Source of the DNA: an uncultured Bacilli bacterium
Lineage (GTDB): Bacteria; Bacillota_I; Bacilli_A; RF39; UBA660
NCBI GenBank assembly: GCA_934096015.1
Contig: CAKOLD010000004.1
Coordinates: forward strand, 1-59,047
DNA length: 59,047 nucleotides
Direction: 5' to 3'
Each line of letters starts with the position of its first letter. Position 1 is the first letter of the stretch. The position numbers were made by a program, and so were the translations under genes. Below the pieces are notes generated by a model that was given only the letters and a program-made list of their open reading frames with translations, did not search any database and was not told the origin of the DNA. Positions 27,385 to 37,959 of the stretch are shown in pieces.

Positions 27385-27424
27385 AAACTGGCCAAATTTG
27401 TTGAAATTTAGCCAGTTTTTGTTT
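27385..27424 (+). terminator. Strong rho-independent terminator
   Basis: AAACTGGCCAAATTT gttg AAATTTAGCCAGTTT (15-bp stem, 1 mismatch) followed by TTGTTT. Confidence 0.75.
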
Positions 27425-27450
27425 ATAATTTTATATAGAAAGGATTATAA

Positions 27451-28245
27451 ATGAAAAAAATAATTAATAATTTAAAATATACATACAAAAAATATGGATT
27501 TTTAATGAAAGAATTAGTTTCCAGAGATTTTAAAGTAAAATATAAAAGAAGTGTTTTAGGAGTAGTATGGAGTTTATTATATCCGTTATTAACTATGGCA
27601 GTAATGGCTCTAGTATTTACTAATGTATTTAAATTTTCAACTCCTGGAGTAAATTATTTAGTTTATTTACTAAGCGGATTGGTACTATTTAACTATTTTA
27701 ACGAAGCTTCTAATTTAGCAATGAGTAGTGTGGTAGCAAATTTTAGTTTAATAAATAAAGTATATATGCCTAAATATATTTTTCCTTTATCAAAATGCCT
27801 ATTTGTAGGAATTAATTTTTTATTAACTCTAATTCCATTATACATAGTGATATTTTTAACAGGAACTGGAGTGAATGTTTATCACTTATTATTACCATAT
27901 TTATTTTTATGCCTATTATTATTTACCATAGGATTTGGATTTATTTTATCAACTATAGCTGTATTTCTAAGAGATATGTTTTACATCTACGGGGTAGTAA
28001 TTACATTATGGACATATCTTACTCCAATAATGTATGATATTTCTATTATACCTGAAAAATATCAAATCTTTATGAAATTTAATCCAATGTACTGGTTCCT
28101 AGATTTTGCTAGACAAATCATTTCATACAATCAGTGTCCTGGATTTAGCAACTTTTTATACTGTGGAATATTTGCAGCAGGATCACTATTACTAGGAATA
28201 TTTTTATTTAAGAAAAATCAAGATAAGTTTATATATTATGTTTAG
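27451..28245 (+). CDS. tagG: ABC-2 type polysaccharide/teichoic-acid export permease (TagG/Wzm-like)
   Basis: 264 aa with 6 TM segments. N-terminal KELVSRDFKVKYKRSVLGVVWSLL signature of ABC-2 glycan exporters. Confidence 0.85.
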   Translation: MKKIINNLKYTYKKYGFLMKELVSRDFKVKYKRSVLGVVWSLLYPLLTMAVMALVFTNVFKFSTPGVNYLVYLLSGLVLFNYFNEASNLAMSSVVANFSLINKVYMPKYIFPLSKCLFVGINFLLTLIPLYIVIFLTGTGVNVYHLLLPYLFLCLLLFTIGFGFILSTIAVFLRDMFYIYGVVITLWTYLTPIMYDISIIPEKYQIFMKFNPMYWFLDFARQIISYNQCPGFSNFLYCGIFAAGSLLLGIFLFKKNQDKFIYYV

Positions 28246-28253
28246 GTGATAAA

Positions 28254-29018
28254 ATGGAAAAAAAAGATATAATGATAGAAGTAAATGATGTTTCAATGCG
28301 TTTTAATTTAGGTATAGAAAAAGGCTTTTCTATAAAACAAGCATTTGTAGACATTTTTAATAAAGAAAAAAGAAAAAAGAAAAAAAAGAATCCAGAATTT
28401 TGGGCACTAAAAAATGTTGATTTTAAAATTAATCGAGGAGAAGTTGTAGGTTTTGTTGGTTCCAATGGAGCAGGAAAATCTACATTATTAAAAGTCGTGG
28501 CTGGAGTTATGAAACCAACAAAAGGAAATGTAAAAGCATATGGCAATATATGCCCAATGATTGAACTAGGAGCTGGCTTCGATCCACAACTAACTGCAAG
28601 GGAAAATATATATTTAAATGGTGCTGTAATGGGATATTCTAAAGAATTAATAGATTCTAAGTTTAATGAAATTGTAGAGTTTTCAGAATTAAAAGATTTT
28701 TTAGATGTTCCTGTTCAAAACTTTTCGAGTGGTATGGTGGCAAGACTTGCATTTAGTATAGCAACAATTGTAGATCCAGAAATTTTAATTGTAGATGAAA
28801 TCCTGTCAGTTGGAGATATAGCATTTCAAGCAAAAAGTGAACAGAAAATGCTTAATATGATCAACGGGGGGACAACAGTTCTTTTCGTTTCACATTCAAT
28901 AGAACAAATAAAAAAAATGTGTAATAGAGTTATTTGGATAGAACATGGAGTTGTCCAAAAAATCGGTGGAAAAGAAGTTTGCGATGAGTATATAAAATTT
29001 ATGAAGGTATCCGAATGA
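28254..29018 (+). CDS. tagH: Polysaccharide/teichoic-acid export ATP-binding protein (TagH/Wzt-like)
   Basis: Walker A GSNGAGKST, signature FSSGMVARL, Walker B ILIVDE, H-loop VSH. No extra C-terminal carbohydrate-binding domain. Confidence 0.85.
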   Translation: MEKKDIMIEVNDVSMRFNLGIEKGFSIKQAFVDIFNKEKRKKKKKNPEFWALKNVDFKINRGEVVGFVGSNGAGKSTLLKVVAGVMKPTKGNVKAYGNICPMIELGAGFDPQLTARENIYLNGAVMGYSKELIDSKFNEIVEFSELKDFLDVPVQNFSSGMVARLAFSIATIVDPEILIVDEILSVGDIAFQAKSEQKMLNMINGGTTVLFVSHSIEQIKKMCNRVIWIEHGVVQKIGGKEVCDEYIKFMKVSE

Positions 29019-30103
29019 AAAAAATAATTTTTTTTAGCAAACACATGAATATTGGAGGAATGGAAAAATCACTAGTAATATTGTTAAATAGCTTGACGAA
29101 ATATTATGACATTACTTTGGTTTTAGAGCAAAAAAAAGGGTTACTTCTTAATGATTTAAATTCTCTAATCAAAGTTAAAGAGTATAAGTTGAGTACAAGC
29201 AAAAATATAGTATTTAGAAAAATTGTAAATTATTTAAAAAGAACATTATGGACTTTAAAAAATTACCATTCATACGATTTTTCATGTAATTATGCAACAT
29301 ATTCTATTATAGGATCCAAGCTTGCATTAGCAGCTTCAAAGAATAATGCTTTTTACATTCATAGTGATTATTATAATGTTTTTAATCAAAACATAGAGGA
29401 ATTTAAAAGATTTTTTTTGCCCCATAAGATAGATAAATTTAGAAATATTATATTTGTTTCGAATGAAAGTCAAAAAAATTTCTTAAAAGTATATCCGAAA
29501 TTTGAAGAAAAGTGTTGTGTTATTAATAATCTAATAGATTATATAAACATTCGAAAACTAGGCGCTAAAATCGCAAAAAGTAATATACAAATAAACAAAA
29601 ATAATAAAAATTTTATTTTTATAGGAAGACTTGACAACAATTCCAAAAATTTTGATTTAATGCTAGATTCTTTTAATATTTCGATAAAAAAAGAAGCTAG
29701 TATTAATCTTTTTATAGTAGGGACTGGACCATATGAAAACTCAATAAAAAAATATATTGAATTAAATAATCTTGAAACAAATATTAAGCTGATTTCAGAA
29801 ACAAAAAATCCGTATACTTATTTGAATCAGTGTGATGCCCTTATTTTGACTTCTAATTTTGAAGGTTTTCCAGTTGTATACCTGGAGGCCCTTGTTTTAA
29901 ACAAGAATATATTAACAACGATAAGTACTAGTGATGAATCTATAAATATTAAGGATTATAGTACTATATTAAAGAAAAATTCTGAAGATATAAGTAAAAA
30001 AATATTAGAGTTTAAGAAAACTGATAGAATTAATAATATTGATTTTAATAAGATAAATAAAATAAAAATTGAAAAGATAAAAAAATTGATAGAGGTGAAC
30101 TAA
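29015..30103 (+). CDS. Glycosyltransferase family 4 (GT-B)
   Basis: FIFIGRL...LFIVGTGP...SNFEGFPVVYLEAL (EX7E). ATGA overlap with tagH. Confidence 0.75.
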   Translation: MKKIIFFSKHMNIGGMEKSLVILLNSLTKYYDITLVLEQKKGLLLNDLNSLIKVKEYKLSTSKNIVFRKIVNYLKRTLWTLKNYHSYDFSCNYATYSIIGSKLALAASKNNAFYIHSDYYNVFNQNIEEFKRFFLPHKIDKFRNIIFVSNESQKNFLKVYPKFEEKCCVINNLIDYINIRKLGAKIAKSNIQINKNNKNFIFIGRLDNNSKNFDLMLDSFNISIKKEASINLFIVGTGPYENSIKKYIELNNLETNIKLISETKNPYTYLNQCDALILTSNFEGFPVVYLEALVLNKNILTTISTSDESINIKDYSTILKKNSEDISKKILEFKKTDRINNIDFNKINKIKIEKIKKLIEVN

Positions 30104-31896
30104 TGGAAAAATACATTCATTATTGTTGGTTTGGGGGAAAACCATTACCGAAGCTTGCACGGAAGTGCATTAAAAGTTGGAAAAAATATTTACCTGATTT
30201 TGAAATAATAGAATGGAATGAAAATAATTTTGACGTAAATATAACAAAGTTTTCTAAAGAAGCCTACAAACAAAAAAAATGGGCTTTCGTAAGTGATGTG
30301 GCGAGAATCTACGCTTTAAAAAACTATGGTGGAATATACTTTGATACTGATATGATTGTTAAAAAAAATATAGATGAGTTATTAAAACACGAAGTAGTTG
30401 CTGGCTGGGAATCAGAATATAACGTAGCTGTTGGAGTATTAACATCAAAACATAAAGAAAATGAATTAATAAACAAACTTTGGAATTTTTATTGTGAAAA
30501 TGACTTTTCTGTAGAAAACGTATATTCTTTATCAATACCAACAGTACTTACAAACATTTTGAAAAGTGACTACAATTTAAAATCAAATCATTTAGAAAAT
30601 CAGGAATTACCAACTGGAATTAAAATTTATGCAAGAGATTATTTTTATCCTATTAGCTGTGACAAAACGCCTAATATGTTCACTAATAGAACCCGCATGA
30701 TACATTACTACATGGGAAGTTGGTTGACTGATTCAGATAAAAAAAGGATAAAGTTTCAAATGGTTTTTGGAAAAAAAATGGGCAATACGCTTTTGAACTT
30801 TTTGGTGTGGACTAAACATACAATAAAAAAAATAGCAAAATTCTTTTTATATCCATACGTTTTATACAGACGTAAAAAAAATAAAAATTACACATACTTA
30901 GTTGAAAAACAAGAATTTTTTGAACAAACTAATTCAATAAAAAAATATGATTATGTAGCACTTTATAATAAGTATTGGTTAGGGACTCAATATGCTACAA
31001 AAGAACTTTTTGAAAATTGCATTGGAATTACTGAAATGAACGATGAAAGAAACGTTCAAGATATTGTTGATTTTATAATAGCAAAACAAATTAAATTAGT
31101 TATTTTTAGTGCATTTTCTAAAGGCTGGAATAAAATTGTTAAAAGTTTAAAAGAAAAAGACCCTAATATAGTAATAAAAGTAATTTGGCATGGGTCGAAC
31201 GCCATGAATGTGGAATATTATGATTGGGAAATGTTTGAAGAAATATTTAAACTTCATGATAAAAAACTAATTAATTCAATAGCCTTTGTAAAAAAAAGTA
31301 TGTATGAATTTTATAAGAAAAAAAACTACAGAGTTGAGTTGTTATTAAATACTGTACATTTGCCAAAAATCAAAGTAGAAAAACATAAAAGTGATAAAAC
31401 AAAAATTGGATTATACGCATCTGGAGACAGGTGGGTTAAAAATTTTTATAATCAATTAGCAGCTGCTAGTCTATTTCCCAATGCCAGCATCGATTGTATT
31501 CCGCTTGGAGAGAAAACAATAAAGATGGCAAAAATTTTTGATGTAAGTATAAGCGGTTTATCGTCGTCTTTACCTAGAACAAAATTATTAGAAAGAATAG
31601 GAAAAAATGATATTAATTTCTATGTAACTTTTTCAGAATGTGCTCCTATGTTACCTCTAGAGAGTTTTGAATTGGGCGTACCATGTATTACTGCACATAA
31701 CCATCATTATTGGGAAGGTACAGAATTGGCAAAATATTTAATAGTTGACGAAAATGATAACGTAAACAAAATTTATGAGAAAGCAGAATTTTGTTTAAAG
31801 AATAAAGAAAAAGTTTTGGAGCTATATAAAAATTGGAAAAGGGAATATGATAAAGAAGCAAAGAAAAGTGTAAATAAATTTTTAAATAGAAGTTAG
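30103..31896 (+). CDS. Two-domain glycosyltransferase: N-terminal DXD sugar-binding (GT32-like) + C-terminal GT-B (GT4-like)
   Basis: N-terminus IHYCWFGGKPLP...YGGIYFDTDM (Gly_transf_sug-type DXD). C-terminus FSECAPMLPLESFELGVPCIT (EX7E-like). Confidence 0.6.
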   Translation: MEKYIHYCWFGGKPLPKLARKCIKSWKKYLPDFEIIEWNENNFDVNITKFSKEAYKQKKWAFVSDVARIYALKNYGGIYFDTDMIVKKNIDELLKHEVVAGWESEYNVAVGVLTSKHKENELINKLWNFYCENDFSVENVYSLSIPTVLTNILKSDYNLKSNHLENQELPTGIKIYARDYFYPISCDKTPNMFTNRTRMIHYYMGSWLTDSDKKRIKFQMVFGKKMGNTLLNFLVWTKHTIKKIAKFFLYPYVLYRRKKNKNYTYLVEKQEFFEQTNSIKKYDYVALYNKYWLGTQYATKELFENCIGITEMNDERNVQDIVDFIIAKQIKLVIFSAFSKGWNKIVKSLKEKDPNIVIKVIWHGSNAMNVEYYDWEMFEEIFKLHDKKLINSIAFVKKSMYEFYKKKNYRVELLLNTVHLPKIKVEKHKSDKTKIGLYASGDRWVKNFYNQLAAASLFPNASIDCIPLGEKTIKMAKIFDVSISGLSSSLPRTKLLERIGKNDINFYVTFSECAPMLPLESFELGVPCITAHNHHYWEGTELAKYLIVDENDNVNKIYEKAEFCLKNKEKVLELYKNWKREYDKEAKKSVNKFLNRS

Positions 31897-31907
31897 GAGT
31901 ATAAAAA

Positions 31908-32135
31908 ATGGATAACAATACAAGGAGAATTCAGGAATTAGAAAAAGAACTATATCATGAAAAATTAATGAACAGATTAATGACAGGTGAAAACACAGAA
32001 TTAAAAAAAATTATTTTTGGTTTGAAAGAATATATAAGTAAATATTCAGTATCAATAGAGAAAATAGAAAGAATGAGAAACACTTTGTTTTATAAATTCC
32101 TAAGAAGAATAAAGAGTTTTATTAAAAGAGGATAA
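31908..32135 (+). CDS. Small coiled-coil protein, unknown function
   Basis: 75 aa, heptad-like IQELEKELYHEKLMNRL..., basic C-terminus. SD AGGAG upstream. Stop lies 1 nt before the next ATG. Confidence 0.4.
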   Translation: MDNNTRRIQELEKELYHEKLMNRLMTGENTELKKIIFGLKEYISKYSVSIEKIERMRNTLFYKFLRRIKSFIKRG

Positions 32136-32136
32136 T

Positions 32137-34131
32137 ATGAATAGTAAAAAATTAAATTATATAGTTGATGATTTAATATATGGATATTCTCAATATGATT
32201 TTCTTTTAAGTGATGATAATAACATTGGTTACAACGGAAGTAATTTAACGATAGTAATTCTAACCTATAATAGAGCTCAGGCGACTTTAAAATTGTTAAA
32301 ATCGATAGAAAAAAATATTGATAATTATGCAGGAAAAATTTTGATAGCGGATAACGGATCAGATAAAAAAGAACTGGACAAGATTTACGAATACGCAAAA
32401 AAATCAAATTTGGATATTAGGGTTGAAGAATTTGATAAAAACTATGGAGTTGCTGGTGGACGAAATAGAGCATTTTCTTTGGTAGAAACAGATTGGATAT
32501 TGAGTCTCGATAACGACATCTATTTTATAAATAATCCATTAAACGAAATTCAGCATACTTTATCTCTTTTAGGAACCAAATTTTTAAATATGCCATTACT
32601 TTCAGAAGACAAAAAAACTATTTTTTCAAATGGAGGAGTTCTTTTTACAGAATATAATATTAACGGCTCCGTTGTAGGAGGAGGGTCATTATTTGCTCAA
32701 TGCAGTTTAGATGAAGTAAATGATCTAAAACCTTCTTTATCAACATTTTTGCTTGGTGGAGCTTCCATATTAAATAAACATGAATTTTTAAGGTGTGGAA
32801 AATTTGATGAAAATATGTTTATTGGATTTGAAGACATTGATTTTTCCATTACTTTATTTAATTTAGGATTAAAAATAGGAAACTGTCCTACACTAAGTCT
32901 TGTTCATGATCATACAATTAAAACTGATAAAAAATCTTTAGAATATGAAAAAATGAGATTCAGTCATGGAATCATTAAAGAATCAGCATTATATTTGGAA
33001 AAAAAGAGAGGATTAAAAATCTGGAATGCTAATACAGAAATGTGGATAAAACAAAGGCAAAGAGATTTAGGAATTTTTGTTGAGGAAAATACAATTAGTA
33101 AAAACAAAACCAAAAAGAAACGAATTGCATTAGTCGTTGATGTTAAAGGTTGGTGTTTTTGGAATATTGCTTCAATAATAAAAGAAAAATTATCAAAAGA
33201 ATATGATTTTGAAATAATAAATATGGAGGAACTAGACAATAACATGGCAAAGTTATTTCTATATACAAAAGATTCCTTTGATTTAATACATATTTTTTGG
33301 AGAGGTCACTTAACACTACTCCCATTTTACGAAAATTATATTCAAGAATGTGGATTAACATATAATTCATTTTTAGATTTATATGTTTATTCACAAAACA
33401 TCACCACATCAGTATACGATCATTTATTTTTAGATGATATTGATAAAATTAATGATATTTTTAAAAAGGTTAAATCCTACACTGTTTCTTCAAAAATACT
33501 TAATGATATTTACAGTACAAACAATAAAATTCTGAAAAAGCCATTATGTGTAATAACTGATGGGGTAGATTTAAATCTATTTAAGCCTAAAAATCTAGAT
33601 AGATTCAAAAAAACAGAAAAAATTGTTGTTGGATGGGTAGGAAATAGTGCGTGGTCAAAAGATATAGAAGATTTTAAGGGATTTAATACAATTATAAAAC
33701 CAGTTTTAACAGAATTAAAAGAAGAAGGATATTCAATAGAATTTGAGTTTGCTGATAAACAAGAAAAAATGATATTACATGAGGAAATGCCCAATTACTA
33801 TGCAAAAATAAATCTTTTGGTTTGTGCATCAAAGTGTGAAGGAACTCCTAACCCAGTGTTAGAGGCAATGGCTTGTGGTGTTCCAATTATAACTACTAAC
33901 GTTGGAATAGTAAAAGAGGCTTTTGGTAAAAAGCAAAGCGATTACATTTTAGATGAAAGAAGTAAAAAAGCATTAAAAGAAAAAATAATTTCAGTTATAA
34001 ATAATAAAGACATATTAAAAGACTTAAGTGACGAAAATTTAAAACAAATAAAAAAATGGGACTGGTCATTTAAGTGTGCTGATTTCAAAAAATTTTTTGA
34101 TATTTGTATAGGTGATAACGATGAAAAATAA
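32137..34131 (+). CDS. Bifunctional glycosyltransferase: N-terminal GT2 + C-terminal GT4
   Basis: GT2: TIVILTYNRA...IADNGS...LDNDI. GT4: VGWVGN...SKCEGTPNPVLEAMACGVPIITT. Confidence 0.7.
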   Translation: MNSKKLNYIVDDLIYGYSQYDFLLSDDNNIGYNGSNLTIVILTYNRAQATLKLLKSIEKNIDNYAGKILIADNGSDKKELDKIYEYAKKSNLDIRVEEFDKNYGVAGGRNRAFSLVETDWILSLDNDIYFINNPLNEIQHTLSLLGTKFLNMPLLSEDKKTIFSNGGVLFTEYNINGSVVGGGSLFAQCSLDEVNDLKPSLSTFLLGGASILNKHEFLRCGKFDENMFIGFEDIDFSITLFNLGLKIGNCPTLSLVHDHTIKTDKKSLEYEKMRFSHGIIKESALYLEKKRGLKIWNANTEMWIKQRQRDLGIFVEENTISKNKTKKKRIALVVDVKGWCFWNIASIIKEKLSKEYDFEIINMEELDNNMAKLFLYTKDSFDLIHIFWRGHLTLLPFYENYIQECGLTYNSFLDLYVYSQNITTSVYDHLFLDDIDKINDIFKKVKSYTVSSKILNDIYSTNNKILKKPLCVITDGVDLNLFKPKNLDRFKKTEKIVVGWVGNSAWSKDIEDFKGFNTIIKPVLTELKEEGYSIEFEFADKQEKMILHEEMPNYYAKINLLVCASKCEGTPNPVLEAMACGVPIITTNVGIVKEAFGKKQSDYILDERSKKALKEKIISVINNKDILKDLSDENLKQIKKWDWSFKCADFKKFFDICIGDNDEK

Positions 34132-36469
34132 TAAAAAAATATTAAAAGCAGGAACAATAACAATTTTATTTTTATTGCTAACATTTTTTTTCTTTAGATA
34201 TACAATTATAATTACTCCAGATGGTACAAGTTATTATTGGTATTTAAGCATTTTAAATAGAGTTAATTCAATGTCTAGTTGGTCAATAACTAGAGGTCCA
34301 ACATTTCCTGTTATATTATATTTAATTACTAAGATTTTTGGAGAAAGTATAGTTGGTTTAAAAATTGGATTTTATATTTTATATTTACTGAATATTTTTT
34401 TATCATATTTAATTGTAAAAGATATATCTCGAAATAATAATAGTAATGGATTTATATGGGTATTATATGTAATATTTATAATGTTTAATATTTTAAGTAT
34501 TGGATATTCTCATACATTATTAACTGAAGCAGTGGCTCCTACAATAATAATTTTAAATACTTTCATAATATATAAGAATATAAAAAAAGAACCAGAAAAT
34601 TATTTAAAAGATATTGCATACATAGTCGCGTACACTGCGTTATTAATAATTACATGGTTTTTAAAACAGCCATATGCACCAGTAATATTCTTTGAAATAA
34701 TATTTTTTGCGGTTTTAAGTATTATAAAGAGACCTACAAAAACAATTATTATAAAAAGAACATCGCTCATAATTATTATGGGAGTTTCACTTTTGACTTC
34801 GATAAAACTATGGAATATATATTTAACAAAAAATGGTGTAAATACTGAAAGTGAGACAAATAATTCTAGTTTTATTTCTAAAGGAATTATGACGGGATTA
34901 TATGGTTATTATTCAGAAGTAGAAGAAGAAAAAAAATGTGATAAAAATTATATACAAAAAGTCAACTTACCAACCAAAGAAAAAGAGACAATTTATAAAT
35001 TAATGAAAGATGATAAGGAATGGTGCAAACATTTAAAGATATTTGAAATTAACAATAGTAATATAGGAGAAGCCACATCAATTATATATTATTCTTCAAA
35101 TATAAAAATAAATAATAGCATAGAATTACTAACAAAAAATGTAATGAATCATCCATACTTAACATTAAAACAATATTATAACAATTATATGGGAATATTA
35201 GATTTGCATGAAGTAAAAGCGTTACCTAACAATTATGGTTATGTTGCACTAAATGATTTTATATGGGAGTATCAATCAGAAAATAAAGCAATTGGACTAC
35301 ACGCTTATCATACTACAAATAATTCATGGTGGGAGTATCCTGGATGGGATAATAAAATAAAAGAGCAAGAAGATATAAAGTATATGAAGAAATTAGCAGA
35401 ATACCAAAAATTAAATGAAAAGGAAGAAAAGTTTTTAGAAAATTGTGGAAATATGTATATAAATGTATACAAGATTGTAGGTATATTGATAGTACCATTA
35501 TTTATATACTCATTTTATAAATTTTTAAAATATAAAGAAAATTTGGTATATTTTTTAAACACAATAATTTTTGGATCAAGTTTTTTACACATCGTATTTC
35601 ATTCTGTTTTTGGAGCAATCATTGATAGGTATGCTTATCCTATCATGACAATATGTATTACAGGAATAATAATATTAATAGCTAATATAAGAAATGAACA
35701 CCAAAACTATTTAGAAAGTTGTAAAAAAATAGAAAATAAAAAAAATGAAAAGGGCAAGGTGCTAATAGTTATTCCTGCATATAACGAATCTGAAAATATT
35801 TTAAAAGTTATAAAAGAAATAAAAAAAGATATAAACTACGCAGATATCCTGGTAATAAATGATTGTTCCACAGATAACACAGAAGAAATTGTAAGATCTC
35901 AAAATGTAAAATGTATAACAAATGTATTTAATATGCGCTATGCAATGGCAATACAAACAGGAATAAAATATGCCTATAATAATAATTATGATTATGTAAT
36001 TCAAATGGATGCTGACGGGCAACACATAGCTAAAGAAGCTGAAAAGTTGTACAAAGAATTATTAAAAAGTAATGCTGACATTATCATAGGATCACGTTAC
36101 TTAAAAAACATGGGATATCCATGTCCAGTATTTAGAAGAATCGGAACAAAATTATTTGAAAAATTAATACAAAGATTTACTAACGAAAAAATTGTAGACC
36201 CATTATCTGGATTCCAGTGCTTAAATAGGAGAGTTATTAAAAGATATGCGAAGATGGGAAATTATCCTGAATTTCCAGATGCCAATTTAATAATTGAAAT
36301 GATTTTAAATGGTTATAAGATTGTAGAAGTTCCAGTAAAAATGAGAATAAGAGAAAATGGAGTATCAATGCATTCTGGTATTATTAAACCAATCAAATAT
36401 ATGATTGAGCAGCTATATACATGTATAGTAATGGTGGTGAAATATACAGGAAAGAAGGTAAAAAAGTGA
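34121..36469 (+). CDS. Fusion of a large polytopic membrane domain (GT-C/ArnT-like candidate) with a C-terminal GT2 polyprenyl-phosphate glycosyltransferase-like domain
   Basis: About 12 hydrophobic segments in residues 1-520, then VLIVIPAYNESENI...INDCSTDNT...QMDADGQH (GtrB/ArnC/DPM1-like GT2). ATG 34121 follows GGTGAT. Confidence 0.65.
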   Translation: MKNNKKILKAGTITILFLLLTFFFFRYTIIITPDGTSYYWYLSILNRVNSMSSWSITRGPTFPVILYLITKIFGESIVGLKIGFYILYLLNIFLSYLIVKDISRNNNSNGFIWVLYVIFIMFNILSIGYSHTLLTEAVAPTIIILNTFIIYKNIKKEPENYLKDIAYIVAYTALLIITWFLKQPYAPVIFFEIIFFAVLSIIKRPTKTIIIKRTSLIIIMGVSLLTSIKLWNIYLTKNGVNTESETNNSSFISKGIMTGLYGYYSEVEEEKKCDKNYIQKVNLPTKEKETIYKLMKDDKEWCKHLKIFEINNSNIGEATSIIYYSSNIKINNSIELLTKNVMNHPYLTLKQYYNNYMGILDLHEVKALPNNYGYVALNDFIWEYQSENKAIGLHAYHTTNNSWWEYPGWDNKIKEQEDIKYMKKLAEYQKLNEKEEKFLENCGNMYINVYKIVGILIVPLFIYSFYKFLKYKENLVYFLNTIIFGSSFLHIVFHSVFGAIIDRYAYPIMTICITGIIILIANIRNEHQNYLESCKKIENKKNEKGKVLIVIPAYNESENILKVIKEIKKDINYADILVINDCSTDNTEEIVRSQNVKCITNVFNMRYAMAIQTGIKYAYNNNYDYVIQMDADGQHIAKEAEKLYKELLKSNADIIIGSRYLKNMGYPCPVFRRIGTKLFEKLIQRFTNEKIVDPLSGFQCLNRRVIKRYAKMGNYPEFPDANLIIEMILNGYKIVEVPVKMRIRENGVSMHSGIIKPIKYMIEQLYTCIVMVVKYTGKKVKK

Positions 36470-36807
36470 AAAACATTTATTTTATATTATTAGCAACTTT
36501 AATTGTTGTATACATAGTTTCATCAATACGTAGTAACAAGTTAAGCATAAAAACTTCTTTTGGTTGGATAGTTGGAGCATTTGCTATGATCTTTTTGGCA
36601 ATTTGGCCTAAATCGCTAGATTGGTTATCTGAAATTATTGGAATAGAATATCCTCCAGCACTATTTCTTACATTATGTGTTATAATTCTATTTATTATAA
36701 ATTTTATTACCAGTAAAAAATTACATGAAGATAGAGAGAAAATAATCGAATTAGCTCAACGCTTAACTTTAATAGAAAATAGCCAAAAAGAAAATGAGGA
36801 GAAATGA
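36466..36807 (+). CDS. DUF2304-like small membrane protein
   Basis: Three to four TM segments and a charged C-terminal helix. GTG 36466 overlaps the upstream stop (GTGA), with AGGAAAGAAGG upstream. The ORF-track ATG 36421 lies deep inside the previous gene. Confidence 0.5.
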   Translation: MKNIYFILLATLIVVYIVSSIRSNKLSIKTSFGWIVGAFAMIFLAIWPKSLDWLSEIIGIEYPPALFLTLCVIILFIINFITSKKLHEDREKIIELAQRLTLIENSQKENEEK

Positions 36808-36810
36808 GAA

Positions 36811-37959
36811 ATGGAAAAAAAATTATGCATATTTACAGGTTTTATATTGCCACATTTAGGTGGTGTAGAAAGATATACCGATAAATTAGTAGATCAATTA
36901 GAAAAAATGGGTTACTTTATTACAATTGTAACAACGAATTTTGATAATGATAAAAATTATTATATAAAACAAGAAAAACATGAAATATATAAACTACCAG
37001 TGTATTCATTATTTAAAAGCAGATATCCATTATTAAAAAAGAATAATATTTATAGAAAAATAATAAAAGAATTAAAAAGTAAAAAATTTAATGGATATAT
37101 ATGCCAGACAAGATTTTATTTAACGTCCCAATTGGGAGCGAAAATATCTTTTCATAATAGAAAAGAACCTATTATTATTGAGCACGGAAGTAGCCATTTT
37201 ACTGTAAATAATAAAGTATTAGATTATTTTGGAGAAAAATATGAACACTATCTAACACACAAATTAAAAAAATATCATCCTCATTTTTATGGTGTCTCAA
37301 ATAGATGTAATGAATGGTTAAAACATTTTAAAATTCAAGCAGATGGAGTATTTTACAATTCAGTTGATTCAAACGTTTATAATAAATATAAAAATACTTA
37401 TTACGACACTAATTCGAGAAACAACATTATAATAAGTTATGTCGGTAGAATAATAAAAGAAAAAGGTATTTTAATGTTATTAGAAGCATTTAGTGAACTT
37501 AATAAAAAATATAATAATATTATCTTATATATAGCAGGAGATGGACCACTTTTAAAAGAATGTCAAGAAAAATATAGTGATTCAAAAATCAAATTTTTAG
37601 GAAAAATAGAGTATGAAGATGTTATGAAATTGTGTTCACAAACTGATATATTCGTCCATCCTTCTATGTATCCAGAAGGTTTACCAACATCAATACTAGA
37701 GGCTGGAATAATGAAAACAGCAATTATTGCTACAGACAGAGGCGGTACGGTTGAGGTAATTAATGATAAAAAATATGGTTTAATAATGGAAGAAAACAAA
37801 GAATCCTTATTGGAAAAACTAGAATTATTATTAAATGATAATGAAAAAATAGAAAAATTAAAAAATAACATTCATAATAGAATAACAAAAGAATTTACAT
37901 GGGAAGTAACTGCCAAAAAATTAGTAAAAGAAATGGAGAAGTTAAATGAAAAAAATTAA
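36811..37959 (+). CDS. Glycosyltransferase family 4 (GT-B)
   Basis: GGVERY N-terminus, ISYVGR...LYIAGDGP...PEGLPTSILEAGIMKTAIIATDRGG. Confidence 0.8.
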   Translation: MEKKLCIFTGFILPHLGGVERYTDKLVDQLEKMGYFITIVTTNFDNDKNYYIKQEKHEIYKLPVYSLFKSRYPLLKKNNIYRKIIKELKSKKFNGYICQTRFYLTSQLGAKISFHNRKEPIIIEHGSSHFTVNNKVLDYFGEKYEHYLTHKLKKYHPHFYGVSNRCNEWLKHFKIQADGVFYNSVDSNVYNKYKNTYYDTNSRNNIIISYVGRIIKEKGILMLLEAFSELNKKYNNIILYIAGDGPLLKECQEKYSDSKIKFLGKIEYEDVMKLCSQTDIFVHPSMYPEGLPTSILEAGIMKTAIIATDRGGTVEVINDKKYGLIMEENKESLLEKLELLLNDNEKIEKLKNNIHNRITKEFTWEVTAKKLVKEMEKLNEKN

